Shown: positions 42,415-55,796 of the stretch, one piece after another
Layout: each line of letters opens with the position of its first letter
Position numbering within the stretch: the stretch's first letter is position 1
Assembly (NCBI GenBank): GCA_951406725.2
Contig: OX597831.1
Coordinates: forward strand, 21,514,001 to 21,578,000
Reading direction: 5' to 3'
Source: Octopus vulgaris
Lineage: Eukaryota
DNA: 64,000 nt
Made by a program: the position numbers and the translations under genes
The notes under the pieces: generated by a model
Databases searched by the model: none
Told to the model about the DNA's origin: nothing
Seen by the model: the letters and a program-made list of their open reading frames with translations, nothing else

Positions 42415-42648
42415 TCAGAAGACGGCGAGCTGGCAGAAACGTTAGCACGCCGGGCAAAATGCGTAGCTGTATTTGGCTGCGCTACGTTCTGAGTTCAAAT
42501 TCGGCCGAGGTCGACTTTGCCTTTCATCCTTTTGGGGTCGATTAACTAAGTACCAGTTACGCATTGAGGTCGATGTAATCGACGTGATCCTCTGTCTGTT
42601 CTTGTTTGTCCCCTCTATGTTTAGCCCCTTGTGGGCAATAAAGAAATA
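42415..42648 (+). mobile_element. SINE A with 16-bp TSD, nested in an old SINE B
   Basis: GGAAACTATATGGAGA at 42399-42414 and 42649-42664. Confidence 0.9.
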
Positions 42649-42903
42649 GGAAACTATATGGAGACCCGTCATATATGGCTGTACGGTAAGAAGTTTGCTT
42701 CTAAATCACATGTTTAGCGGGTCATGTGTCTGTGTTTGTGTAGTCGAATGACTCAAACATATAAAAGAATAAAAAAATAAATAGATGTTATCCGAAGAAA
42801 GCTGTAATTCTGTGTATCTTCTTTTATAACCAGTTGCTGCTATATTTCAATTAATTCTTTTAGTTAAATTTTCAAGCGATAATGGGGAACAAATACAGAT
42901 GCG

Positions 42904-43001
<98 letters not shown>

Positions 43002-43977
43002 CAACGGGTCTTTCAAAATCCGTCTACCAAATCAACTCACAGGCCAAAAAAGGTAATTAGTTTCGTTTCTTTAAGTTCTTGAGTTCACTGCCCGCAGATA
43101 TTGATTTTGTTGTCTTCTAGAGGTTTGATAAAATAAAGCAGCCTGAGTTAGATAGTGGAATTGACTTCATCGAGCCTAACCTCCCTTAAAATATACGACA
43201 CCCAATATAATTCTATAGTAGCCCCGTAAATTATTGTTGCCCTTGAACATGTGTCTCTAAGTTGGTGAGGTGTTTACTGAAGACCGGTAGTTGCCTCATG
43301 CGTGACAGTTTCTCCTTCCGATACCAGTGATATTGGAAGAAGACCACAGATTGAGTATCCATAATACTTGGCACCAGTGTCTAACCAGAGACATTGCTGT
43401 CATTAGAGCATACGATACAACGATGTTCTCAGTTCGGTTCGAACTTGGATCGCAGAGACTCAAAACAAATAACACGATGTATTTTAACCAAATCTGTAAG
43501 CAATTAACCTCATTTCTGTTTAATAAAGATATTAATATTCCCTAGAAATTCAACCAATTCTGTTTCTCTACAAGAATTGTGTTTCACATGCTATTTTACT
43601 AAATTCTTAAACATCGACAGGCTATGAACGAAACAAAAGAAAATATTATTTGATATTTCATTTCGAAAATAGTTATTAATTCAACTCCAAATTACTTAAC
43701 CATTATTTCAAATTATTTCGAATGGAACCGGTTTATAGCTAAACAAGCGAAAACTAATTATTTCTACATCTAAAATTGTTTACTAGTACAATTTCTATTG
43801 AGGAAAAAACGAAAAGAGCAAGAATGTTAAAATTTTATAAAAATTTCAAAATATATTTCTATGAGAAATGTTTTAAGTATTCTTAATGGAATAAGTTTGA
43901 AACTTCAATTAAAATGTTTAATTATCTCAAATGGAAATTGTCTACGATTTCAAATGGAAACGGCTCATCAATACAGG

Positions 43978-44045
<68 letters not shown>

Positions 44046-44559
44046 CAATAACGAGGTTCGTACAATTAACAACATCTTTATTTACATATGTACAAAAATA
44101 TTCGTTATATAATGTTATTCGAATTATTTCTAATTTAGCTGAAATTTATATAAATTCAGTCTTAAACAGAAACATATACGACTTTTGATACTTTCGGTTA
44201 TCATTCCTTTTTAATTCAGTGTCCATTTTATTCTATTGTTTTTTTCCTTTTATCTGAGATCATCTTTCATTTGATATGCCTTGTATCAGAAATTTCCCGT
44301 TGATCTCATGTTTAACCTATCAGTTTATTCCAAAAATATTTTTGCAATATCTTCATCGATTTTGTCCCATCTTGTTTAGTGGGGGCGGAAAACGAACAAA
44401 AATTTCACCTTCCTTATCATGAATCGCAAAGTTTTTTGAATAAATTTTCATTGATAACCTGTCTGGTAATGTCAGCATTGTGTCACTATCTTCTAGTTCA
44501 TCACAATATTAATTTTGAGCGTGAGCGTCACATTCTGTTTCGATATCTAGGTCAGTCCA

Positions 44560-45099
44560 ATTAACAAACAATGTCTGAGTTGTGGTGATGTTAGTTTGAT
44601 GAAGCAACAGCTAAATTTGAAGTAATCACATTTGGATCTGACTAATCAACAACGGGATCCTTAGAGTTAAATATTTGGATTTGGCCAAGCAATAACTGGG
44701 ATCCGAATTTGTATAGCTGGGTATATCCAGTCAAAAACTAGAGCCGAATTGTGGACATTTGAGTTCGACATAGTAATGGCTGAAACTGAAGTTTAAATAT
44801 CAAGATCTATTCAAACAACAAAGGGTGACTTAAGTATTAACGTCTGGATCTGGCCATGCAATAACTGGGTTTGAAGTGTAGGCTCCACTCTCAGGCCAAG
44901 GAGTAAGACGATAAGGTGCATCAACATCTATAGCTGAAGCGGAGGTATTTATATTGGGTGGAGGGCCAGATATGGAAGTTGAGATAACAGAAGCCTGGTT
45001 ACTGCACGGTAAACATAGAATACATCTTTCAAATAATTGCCTGACGCTTGCAACGAATCGAGCCAGGGGACTTTGGCGGTTTCCATTTTCTGTCGACAT
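44560..45099 (-). pseudogene. Possible decayed ORF with about 14-aa (42-bp) repeats
   Basis: 89-aa ATG ORF of normal composition. Past the stop, shifted frames continue units such as TSNPVIAWPDPDVN, IRIPVIAWPNPNI and SKDPVVD*SDPNVI. Confidence 0.35.
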
Positions 45100-45907
45100 T
45101 TTACAAATGACAAAAGTAATTTTCAGCAGACATATTGCAAATTTGATGCAAGTAAACGTATTTTAATAATTTACATACATGCATATTATATATATATAAT
45201 TCGTTATATACATGTATACAATATATAAACGCATGTAACATATACATATATATGTATATATATGTATGTGTATATATATATTTATACATATATATATACA
45301 CCAATGGATATATACCAAACTACAAGTAACAAGGAATGTACTAGACGACGTAGAGCTCGCTTCTAAGGTATCTTAGAATTTTTCCATATTTCTCTGTATT
45401 TCTTACTATGACCTCATAATGTTTATTCGTTAATATCAGAATCATTAATTTAATCTGTAAAGAAGTTCATATATTCTCACAAACACACACACACACACAC
45501 ATGCACGTACATGCAAACACACACACACACACATACACACACACACACACTCACTCATTCACACACTCATTCACTCACTCATTCACACACTCATTCAGAC
45601 ACTCACTTACTCAGTCATACACACACTTACTCACTCACTCGCTCACTCACTCACTCACTCACTCACTCACGCACACATACACGAACGCACACAAGCACAC
45701 ACACGCTCACACATTCACTCACTCACTCACAAACTCACTCACTCACACACACACTCGCACCCTCACTCTCTCTCACACACACGCGCACACATGCACGCAC
45801 ACACTCTCTCAGTCAGTCACTCGGTCACTCACTCAGTAACTCACTCACTCACAGCCACTCACACACCCACACCTCAAATAAGACACAAGGCTTAGTGTGT
45901 CTATGTG

Positions 45908-45962
<55 letters not shown>

Positions 45963-45983
45963 CTATATACCTATATATATATG

Positions 45984-46237
45984 TATTGGGTTGTTGCATA
46001 ATTATTGCGTTTTTTCTTCAACAGACCTTCTTCAACAAAAACAATAACAATATTTAGCAAAACACATCTTTAAAGGACGTTTTGACCGTCTGCCAAGCAA
46101 ATGGGAAGCAGCAATTGAAGTATATGGTGAATATGCTCCGGAATAATCATGTAAAGACGATTTTGTTACATGTTGTTATTGTTTTTGATTAACAAAATCT
46201 GTTGTAAACGACGCAATAAATATGCACCAACCCAATA
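45984..46237 (+). mobile_element. mariner-derived MITE (internal deletion derivative)
   Basis: TIRs TATTGGGTTGTTGCATAATTATTGCG / CGCAATAAATATGCACCAACCCAATA; retains the C-terminus FDRLPSKWEAAIEVYGEYAPE*. Confidence 0.9.
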
Positions 46238-46345
46238 CATTCATACATACATATATACATACATACATACATACATACATACATACATACATACATACAC
46301 ACACACACATACATACATACATACATACATACATACATACATACA

Positions 46346-46383
<38 letters not shown>

Positions 46384-46519
46384 TTTATATATACATAGAG
46401 CAAGATAGATATACATGCATATTTGAATGGGTGTATATACATATATATGTGTGTGTGTATACACCTATTCACACAAGCATGTGTATATTTATATTTGAAT
46501 GTATGTGCTTTTACACACC

Positions 46520-46551
<32 letters not shown>

Positions 46552-46935
46552 TAAATGTACGTATGTAGGTACATATATGTTTACACAGGAAGCCTTTCGA
46601 AGTATGCAAACTAAAAAGATGATTTCAACCAGAAACATAAATTTAATTGTAAATTAAATCGTTATATTTTTTTCAAGGTAAACTAGCACTAAATTAATAT
46701 AGCGAGTAATGCAGGACATTGGAAGATAGGTGTTACGTAAAACAGCCAGACACACGAAGGAGAAAACAAGGTAAGACAGAGAGTCAAAACCAGGTAGTTG
46801 TGGCACAAATCAAAAGATTTCGAATTTAGGAAATTAAGTGTCTGAAAAAACGAACACGAATATATTCTCACAGTCGCATCGTAATATTTCAATGAAGCAA
46901 AATAAAATAAATAAATAGATAAAGATGCAAGGGAC

Positions 46936-46967
46936 CATGCATGCATCATCATCATCATCATCATCAA

Positions 46968-47003
<36 letters not shown>

Positions 47004-47419
47004 TATTTGCAGCAGCACCGTCATCATTATCAACATCATAATCATCATCAACATCATCATCATCATCATCATCATCATTATTTGCAGCAGCACCGTCATC
47101 ATTATCAACATCATAATCATCATCAACATCATCATCATCATCATCATCATTATTTGCAGCAGCACCGTCATCATTATCAACATCATAATCATCATCAACA
47201 TCATCATCATCATCATCATCATTATTTGCAGCAGCACCGTCATCATTATCAACATCATAATCATCATCAACATCATCATCATCATCATCATCATTATTTG
47301 CAGCAGCACCGTCATCATTATCAACATCATCATCAACGTCGTCGTCGTCGTCGTCGTCGTCATCATCATCATCATCATCATCATCATCGTCATCATCATC
47401 ATCGTCATCGTCATCGTCA

Positions 47420-47451
<32 letters not shown>

Positions 47452-47620
47452 GACGTCGCCGTCATCATCATCATCATCATCATCATCGTCATCATCATCA
47501 TCGTCATCGTCATCGTCATCGCCGTCGTCGTCGTCGTCGTCATCGTCGTCGACGTCGCCGTCATCATCATCATCATCATCATCATCATCGTCATCATCAT
47601 CATCGTCATCGTCATCGTCA

Positions 47621-47656
<36 letters not shown>

Positions 47657-47692
47657 TCGTCGTCATCATCATCATCATCATCATCATCATCG

Positions 47693-47765
<73 letters not shown>

Positions 47766-48002
47766 TATCATCAGCGGCAGCAGCAGTAGCAGTAGCATCT
47801 GTAACAACGCCGCCACCACCAACACCATCACCAACCTCATGATTCTGATGACCGTCAGCATTCTCTTCCTCCTCCTCGTCCTCACCATCACTTTTTTCCC
47901 TTCCTCCTGCTCGATCTCATTATCACATCCTCCTCCTCTTCATTATCATCATCATCACCACCACCACCACCATCATCATCCTCATCATCGATGTCGTCGT
48001 CG

Positions 48003-48045
<43 letters not shown>

Positions 48046-48134
48046 TTTAAGCTGCTACTGTTGCTGCTGATGATGATAATGATGATGATGACGGCGACGC
48101 CGACGACGATGACGATGACGACGACGATGATGCC

Positions 48135-48166
<32 letters not shown>

Positions 48167-48282
48167 CGACGACGACGATGATGATGATGATGATGTTGAT
48201 AATGATGACGGTGCTGCTGCAAATAATGATAATGATGATGTTGATGATGATGATGGTGATGATGATGATGATGCCAGCATGA
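46936..48282. repeat. (CAT)/(CGT) array with 72-75-bp minisatellite and inverted partner arm
   Basis: TTATTTGCAGCAGCACCGTCAT at 47003, 47078, 47150, 47222 and 47294; single reverse-complement copy within 48050-48282. Confidence 0.9.
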
Positions 48283-48786
48283 CTGTTCAGCAGAATCCGA
48301 CAGGTCGTAGAGCAGCACCTTGCTCCGACTGTTTCAGTTCGAGTCTGCTTTAACCTCGCTGGATGTCACTCTTAACTTATTCCAGTGTACAAAATATACT
48401 GGAAAGCATCGTTGCACCGATTCTCAGAAGATTAAGGATGCTCTCGGTATGAGCTCCAGGGCAGCACAATTATGATTTAGCCGATTGCGTTACATGTCTA
48501 TGCAGATGCGAATCGATATACACATTTTCACGGTCTTCCCACTCTGAGTCCAGTAATTCATCAAAGTTGTGACATCTGACGAGAGAAAGGACCCTAACAA
48601 CAACTAACTGGTTCTCATTTTCCGCTGAACAGATTGTCACCCGGAGTGTTTTGATGAAAGCACAACACTCCAACCTAAGGAGAAATCGAACCTTTAATCT
48701 TATGATCCTGGTGCGGATACGTCTAACCCTTATGCTGCGAGCCTAGATTGAAAACATAAATACAGTTTCAGAATATGATTTCTTTT

Positions 48787-48956
48787 GTCGAACAAATTGA
48801 CCCCATCACTTATTCTTTGTAAGCTTAGTAATTATTCTATTGGTCTATTTTGCTGAACAACTAAGTTACAGGGCCGTAAACACACCAACATCGGTTACCA
48901 GGTGATGGTGGGGAGATAAACATAGACAAACGAATACATACATACACACGCACGTC

Positions 48957-49017
<61 letters not shown>

Positions 49018-49480
49018 TATACATATATATATTTGTATCTGCAGGTATATGTAAGTCTATGTACACATGGGTCTGGGTTCGGTGTCTTCTACTATAGCCT
49101 TGGGTCGACCAAAGCCTTGTGAGTGGATTTGGCAGATGGAAATACTAAATTAATTAATTAGTAATTTCTTAATGTAACAGTTAAATGTTCATTTGTCACA
49201 GCTAAATGTTAGCTTGGCGTCGTTATTATCAGGACAATTGGCATAAATACAATAAATGCTATTCCGTTTTATGGAAATTCTTGCTGCTTAAACAAATTGA
49301 TGTAATTAATACTAATTTTCAAAAGATAATTTATCCTTACCTGAAAATATATTTAGACAAAGGATAAGTTTGTTATTTGTATAACACTTCTTGTTATAAA
49401 AGTTCTACTCAGTCTTTTTACATCCGCAACCCATGGTTCTGGGTTCCCAACCACATATATATGCACACACACTCATATGT

Positions 49481-49566
<86 letters not shown>

Positions 49567-49704
49567 ACATATATATGTTTGTATCTGCAGGTATATGTAA
49601 GTCTATGTAGACATGGTTCTGGGTTCGGTGTCTTCTACTATAGCCTTGGGTCGACCAAAGCCTTGTGAGTGGATTTGGCAGATGAAAACTAAAAGAAGAC
49701 CGTC

Positions 49705-49736
<32 letters not shown>

Positions 49737-49955
49737 GATGTGTGTGTGTATGTATGTATTCGTGTGTCTATGTTTATCTCCCCACCATCACAGCGATGTT
49801 GGTGTGTTTACGTCCCTGTAACTTAGTTGTTCGGCAAAATAGACCAATAGAATAATTACTAAGCTTACAAAGAATAAGTCATGGGGTCAATTTGTTCGAC
49901 TAAAGGTCGTTTGGCAGCATGGCTGCAGTCAAATTACCGAAGCAAGTAAAAGAAT
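48787..49955. mobile_element. SINE B copy (49610-49955, +) with local direct and inverted duplicates
   Basis: 49030-49142 repeats 49577-49689; 48787-48885 is the reverse complement of 49794-49900. Confidence 0.85.
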
Positions 49956-50062
49956 ATGGGAACATACATATATATATATATATGTGTGTGTGTATGTATG
50001 TATGTATGTATGTATGTATGTATATATATATATAGATAGATAGATATATATATATACATACA

Positions 50063-50133
<71 letters not shown>

Positions 50134-50249
50134 ACGATGAAAAGCATGACTAAAAAAAAGTCAGTCTACCAACCAAACAGCTATTCAACATTTATATCGG
50201 TTATTATTATATTGAGATAACGTTGATTCAAACGAACACAAACCTCGGA

Positions 50250-50612
50250 GAGGAGTGGCAACTTGTCTGGTACATTATTAGATCCATCGAGGAAGATTGA
50301 AAGACAAAAGCTGGTCTCGGCGGGATTCGGTCTCTGATATTAAAGCTTCATAACTAAATATTTTCGAGGCATTCTGTCCGACATTCGACAAATTCTCCCA
50401 TTCCACCTATTTGAAATATTGGTTCCTAATTTTTTGTACAAGTCCAGTGCCACCGAACCCAGAATTCATCATGCACTTAGTTTATTGAGCTCGAAAAGAT
50501 GAAAGGCAAAGTCAACCTCGGCAGAAATGGAACTCACAACGTAAAGACGGACGAAATATCGCAATACATTTTGTCCGGCGTAATAACGATTCTGTCAGCT
50601 CTCTGCCTTACC
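50250..50612 (-). mobile_element. Two old SINE A-related copies
   Basis: GATGAAAGGCAAAGTCAACCTCGGCAGAAATGGAACTC at about 50498, and a more decayed copy at about 50290. Confidence 0.7.
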
Positions 50613-51324
50613 TGTCTAAAATATTGATTCCTTGCCTTGGTACAAAACCATACATTTGTCAGAAGAAACATTTAGGAGAGTTGAATGTATCGACATCAAT
50701 ATATTATTGGTGCTTTAGTTAATAGAGCCATGAACGGGGACCAGCCATGTTGAATTTGATTTGAAGCCTCACCGTCACATTTTAATATTGAAACAAAAGA
50801 AAAGAATGACAATAAAATGAAAGCAATTACATTTTTCTTGCGAGTTCGAAAATAGATTTAAATAAAATGCTCTAATAAAAGAAATATATGTAAAATATAA
50901 CAAGAAAAAAACTGAACAAATATAAACAACGAAAGATTAATAAATTAGAATTCTGTTTTAAATTGGTGATGACGTCTCCAGTAGGGAAGATGACGTCACT
51001 GTTGTTAGTGATTAATGAATCTCATTCGTAGAAATATGGTGATAACATTTTAACACCTAATTGATTTACAGCTTGGAAGAATTCATTTGATTTAGCAGAC
51101 AGCGACGCAAACAACACATTATGTATTCTTGAAGATTACACTATGTGGAAGAGGCAAGATGCAAAAGTACAAGTGAAATAATCGATTCCTATTTAACTTT
51201 TCCACGTGTTCAATTTGAGATTACTTCATGCTGGGTCTAGCAAAAATACTTTAAAAATCCCGATATTGGGCTAAATTCACTACCGTCGTACTAGTAGTCT
51301 GGTAAAATATGTCAGAAAAACCTA

Positions 51325-51740
51325 TCAGATTTCATACGGTCATTGATGTGGGAAATACTTTCTCCCACTCAGTCAGTTTTGTGGGAACTCTTTCTCCCAA
51401 GTTTTACACAGCATTTGCAGGAGATTTTTCTCTTGGATTTTATACGGTCATTGCGGTGGATGTTTTTCCCTCTCCCATTTTTTCACGGTGAGTGGTGTGA
51501 GGAGTATCGTTTGGCCTCCAGGTTTTACATACTCATTGGTGGCAGATTGATTTTTCTCCCAGAACCTACACAGCAATTTTGAGAGGTTGTTTGCTTCCTA
51601 GATATTATACGGTCATTGCGGTGTGCATTTTTTCTCTTACATTTTACACCGCTACTGGTGTCACAGGTTTCGTATTTTCCCCAGATTTTACATACTTATT
51701 GGTAGCAGAGATATTTTACTCCCAGATTTTGCACGGCCAT
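51325..51740. repeat. Degenerate minisatellite of about 40 bp
   Basis: Recurrent CCCAGATTTTA.AC and TATACGGTCATTG. Confidence 0.7.
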
Positions 51741-52377
51741 TCTTGTAACGTTAGTGAAGTAAGGCATATGGTAATATTGTCTTCATGTAGTTAACATGGG
51801 TGTTCTTTACTGGAATCTGTATAAATATCACTATTAAAATAACCATATCCCTGACACGAACCCTAAACGTAATCCTAACTTCCTATGAATCTGGGATATT
51901 CACACAATATTGAGTCGCAAAATAGTGTGTAGCAATGTGTTAGTGGGGTGGGAGATTCTAGAAAAAGGTGTAACGTTAAAAAAAAACTTACATTAATGTA
52001 TAAATTAAAACTCCGTTTGAATATATCTCTTGTACATATTTCCGTCATTGGAATACAACAGCAATAGAATTTTACCAAACAAGCTGATACTGGCTGTTAT
52101 CATAAATCTGTTACATATTCTATCGTTCCTAACAACGATAAACCAATTCTCAGAGTCGCAGACACACCCATACTAATTGTCATATAGTGAAGAGATACAA
52201 AATTATTGACGTAAGTTCACAGACTGCCCCAGCGGCTCGCCTCACGAAATACGTGACAAACTTCCGCAAAGTTTCAGCCTACAAAAACCGCTCCCAAGGA
52301 AATGGGCGATTCCGAGCTATAACAGAAGAAGCTTTTCCAAGTTGGCGATCTCTGGAACAGAACCAACATCTTAAACC

Positions 52378-52420
<43 letters not shown>

Positions 52421-52565
52421 TGCGTGTTTGAGTGTGTGCAAGTAGATAATAAACATATGCATACAGTCTGTACATTATATAAGAACCTAAATCTATATAT
52501 GTATGTGTATGTGCTCATGTATGCATGTGTATATGTGTGCATCCGTGTATATACATACACATGCG

Positions 52566-52656
<91 letters not shown>

Positions 52657-53918
52657 ATATTATATTTTCAATAATTGAAATATTACTTTATAAAATTTTA
52701 TATTGTACTGACTCAATTTATGTTCGTTTTTGAATGCTGTGTGCGGTAAATGAAAGTCGGAAGATGGAATATATGAGAATCTTTATTATTAATCACAACA
52801 ATTGTTTCGACACATGTAGCATGTATAAAACTTAGTCTGTCAACCCTGGGCTTACACTATGTAGGAAAAATACAAACTGGAAAGTGGTACATAACGCACG
52901 GAGGAAACATTTTCATCAATATCTTTAAAAAACACACAGAAAAAAATTTCTAATCGAAAAAATAAAAGTGTAATGGAAAACAAATCACGTGACAGGATAT
53001 GCTCCAATCTCACAACTTTTAAAGTCCTGCTATCGTCCGCCCACTCTCCAGCGGATTCGGTTACAAGATTTAATTAGAGCTGCACAGATACTGCATGGCT
53101 AATATCCAGATCAAATGGAAGAACAAATGCAGTCTCAATAGATTCTCTTCCAAATTCAAATAACGTCTTTTACGGAAGTAAATACCATTTCTTACGGAAA
53201 CACAGCGTCTCGTACGGAAGCAACTACTGTCCCTTACGGAAAATTGAAAGAAAGACAGTTTAATGAAAAACGTCTCTCTGCGTGTAATATAAATCTCAGT
53301 TGGGTGATAGCCTTGTTTAGAGAATTGAACGAGCTATGAATCTAATCTTGTCTTATATTTTAATCCAAATCGTAGCGAATGGCGGTCGCAACAATAAAAT
53401 ATGTAAAGTAATAGAATAGTAACTGGAGCATGCAAATAGGGCATGTGTGATTGAGATATTTTGATGGCTCACTCCACTTTAATCTGAATAGTCACAAATA
53501 CAGTTACTCATCCTACACATTTATAAATACATACGACATACACGTAACTCTACATACGTACATACATACATACATACATACATACATACATACATACATA
53601 CATACATACATACATACATACATACATGCATACATACATACATGCATGCATGCATACATACATGCGTACATACAGACATACAGACATACCTGCATACATA
53701 CATGCATGCATGCATACAGACCTACATACATACATGCACACAGACATACAGACATACAGACATGTGTGTGTGTGTGCATGTGTGGCTATAAATGCATCTA
53801 TATATATTTGTATACATGTGTGTGCATCTATATGTGCATAAATATACGTATATAGACTTATAGATACATGCATACACAAACATATATATGTAAATATATA
53901 TGTATATATATGTGTATA

Positions 53919-54055
53919 TATTAGGTTGTCCCAAAAGTTCGTAAACACTTGCGAAAATTGAATTTTTACTCGCCAAGTACTAACAAAAACATCAAAAATT
54001 ATTCCTCAAAATAAAGACCATTATTTTCCAAGACTTTCTACGAACTTTTGGGACA

Positions 54056-54063
<8 letters not shown>
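53919..54063. mobile_element. mariner-derived MITE, about 145 bp
   Basis: TIRs AGGTTGTCCCAAAAGTTCGTA / TACGAACTTTTGGGACAACCT with TA flanks; minus strand VLENNGLYFEE*. Confidence 0.9.
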
Positions 54064-54110
<47 letters not shown>

Positions 54111-54645
54111 AAAATTGTAGGAGGTATTGTCCATTTACGAAAGAACGAACGTAATAAAGAAAATTAAGTAAACAAATAGATAAAGAAAACATTAAATTAA
54201 ATTAAAAATTAAAATTAAAAATTCAAGACAATTTTAAAAATCAAAAATAAAATAAAGTAATAAAAATACAAGAGCTGTGTAATCAATCTTTTTGAGTTTT
54301 CTGCCTTTTCCTTTGTCTACTACAAGGCCTCCTTCCACTCCTTCTCCTACCACTCTTGCGGAAGAGGACAGTCACCTAAGACTGAGAGAGCGCCAACAAC
54401 ATCATATCAACGATTGAATCTGTGAACGGAAGACGTCACGGATTTGCTAAAAGGATAAGCGTTCGTATTTCGCTCGATAGAGTCTTAAACCCTATAGCGT
54501 TCTGATTTCTTTGATTAAATGCAACATAGTCTACTTTGTCTAATATAAAAGCGTGTTTATTTACTTTGCTTTTTATTCACTTTCTTGTAGTTTCAATAAT
54601 AATCAGGTAATTCTTTAGTTTGAGAGTAACTTTGCAAAGAAAGTA

Positions 54646-55025
54646 TGGAAGCACTCCGTCGCTTACGACGACGAGGGTTCCGGTTGATCCGATCAACGGA
54701 ACAGCCTGCTCGTGAAATTAACGTGTAAGTGGCTGAGCACTCCACAGACACGTGTACCCTTAACGCAGTTCTCGGGGATATTCAGCGTGACACAGAGAGT
54801 GACAAGGCCGGCCCTTTGAAATACAGGTACCAGAGAAACAGGAAGTTAGAGTGAGAGAAAGTTGTGGTGAAAGAGTACAGCAGGGATCACCACCATCCCT
54901 GCCGGAGCCTCGTGGAGCTTTAGGTGTTTTCGCTCAATAAACACTCACAACGCCCGGTCTGGGAATCGAAACCGCGATCCTACGACCGCGAGTCCGCTGC
55001 CCTAACCACTGGGCCATTGCGCCTC
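54646..55025 (-). mobile_element. SINE family C, full length
   Basis: Near-identical to 39865-40253. Confidence 0.93.
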
Positions 55026-55350
55026 TGAAAAGAAGGTATGAGAGACGATTGAGCTCCGTTTCAACATAAAACAGGCAGGATATCTGAGAGGGATACGGCT
55101 GGTTTAAATGCTATAGTGTTCATATCGTGTCAGTGGTGGTCCAGGAAACGACATAACACTAACAAGTTGGACAGTAGAGACTCCTTTGAGAATCTCATCG
55201 TATTAATATTTTTTAAATTTTTTGTACCGGAGTCACATAACCAACGTTTTTATATTTTTACATCTTTACGTCATGCATATGTGTGCCTTCGTTAGCTCCT
55301 GCACGCATTTTTTTCTCTCCTTGTTTCTTTCCGTGTTTCTTTTCTGTGTA

Positions 55351-55388
55351 TCTTTCTGTTGAAGAGCGTAGGCTCGAAACGTAAAAGA
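55351..55388 (+). ncRNA. Minimal hammerhead-like motif with A6U core change
   Basis: TCTTT-CTGTTGA-A-GAGC-GTAG-GCTC-GAAA-CG-TA-AAAGA; stems I and II pair perfectly. Confidence 0.55.
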
Positions 55389-55483
55389 CTTGTTTTATTT
55401 CTATTCATGAGCGCCATACTAATACAATTGTTTGTTTGAACTCCAACTGCCTTCGTCTTTTGTTTATTTTCGTAAGCTTCCCG

Positions 55484-55552
<69 letters not shown>

Positions 55553-55796
55553 TTATGTGAAATAGAAAGATGAATAATCTTGTAGCAGATTAATCAAAAG
55601 TTTTACCGATACCTTGGTAGCAAAAATCACAGCAGAAGACAGCACGGTTGGAGGTACAACCATATGGTGTTGCAACCGTGCGTTGGTGCGGATAATTGAA
55701 ATTAAAATATTATTGGTGAATTGAAGAAATGGAGCTGAACGAAGATTGAACAGAAATCGTTTTATTTCGTGTAGAATGAATACATATATATATATG

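Noticed and set aside
44230-44500. Possible hAT transposase remnant (NENLFKKLC..FVRF..RW) on the minus strand
   Set aside because: Needs several frameshifts; too degraded to support without a search.
47003-47320. CRISPR-like regular repeat spacing
   Set aside because: The spacers are near-identical CAT runs, the context is eukaryotic, and there are no cas genes.
46689-47891. 400-aa Met-rich and 282-aa His-rich ORFs
   Set aside because: Translations of (CAT)n/(ATG)n repeats, which lack stops in those frames by construction. No splice or domain evidence, and no reflectin-type motif.
50600-50620. Minus-strand CAG|GTAAGG splice signal
   Set aside because: Overlaps a SINE head and has no pyrimidine tract.
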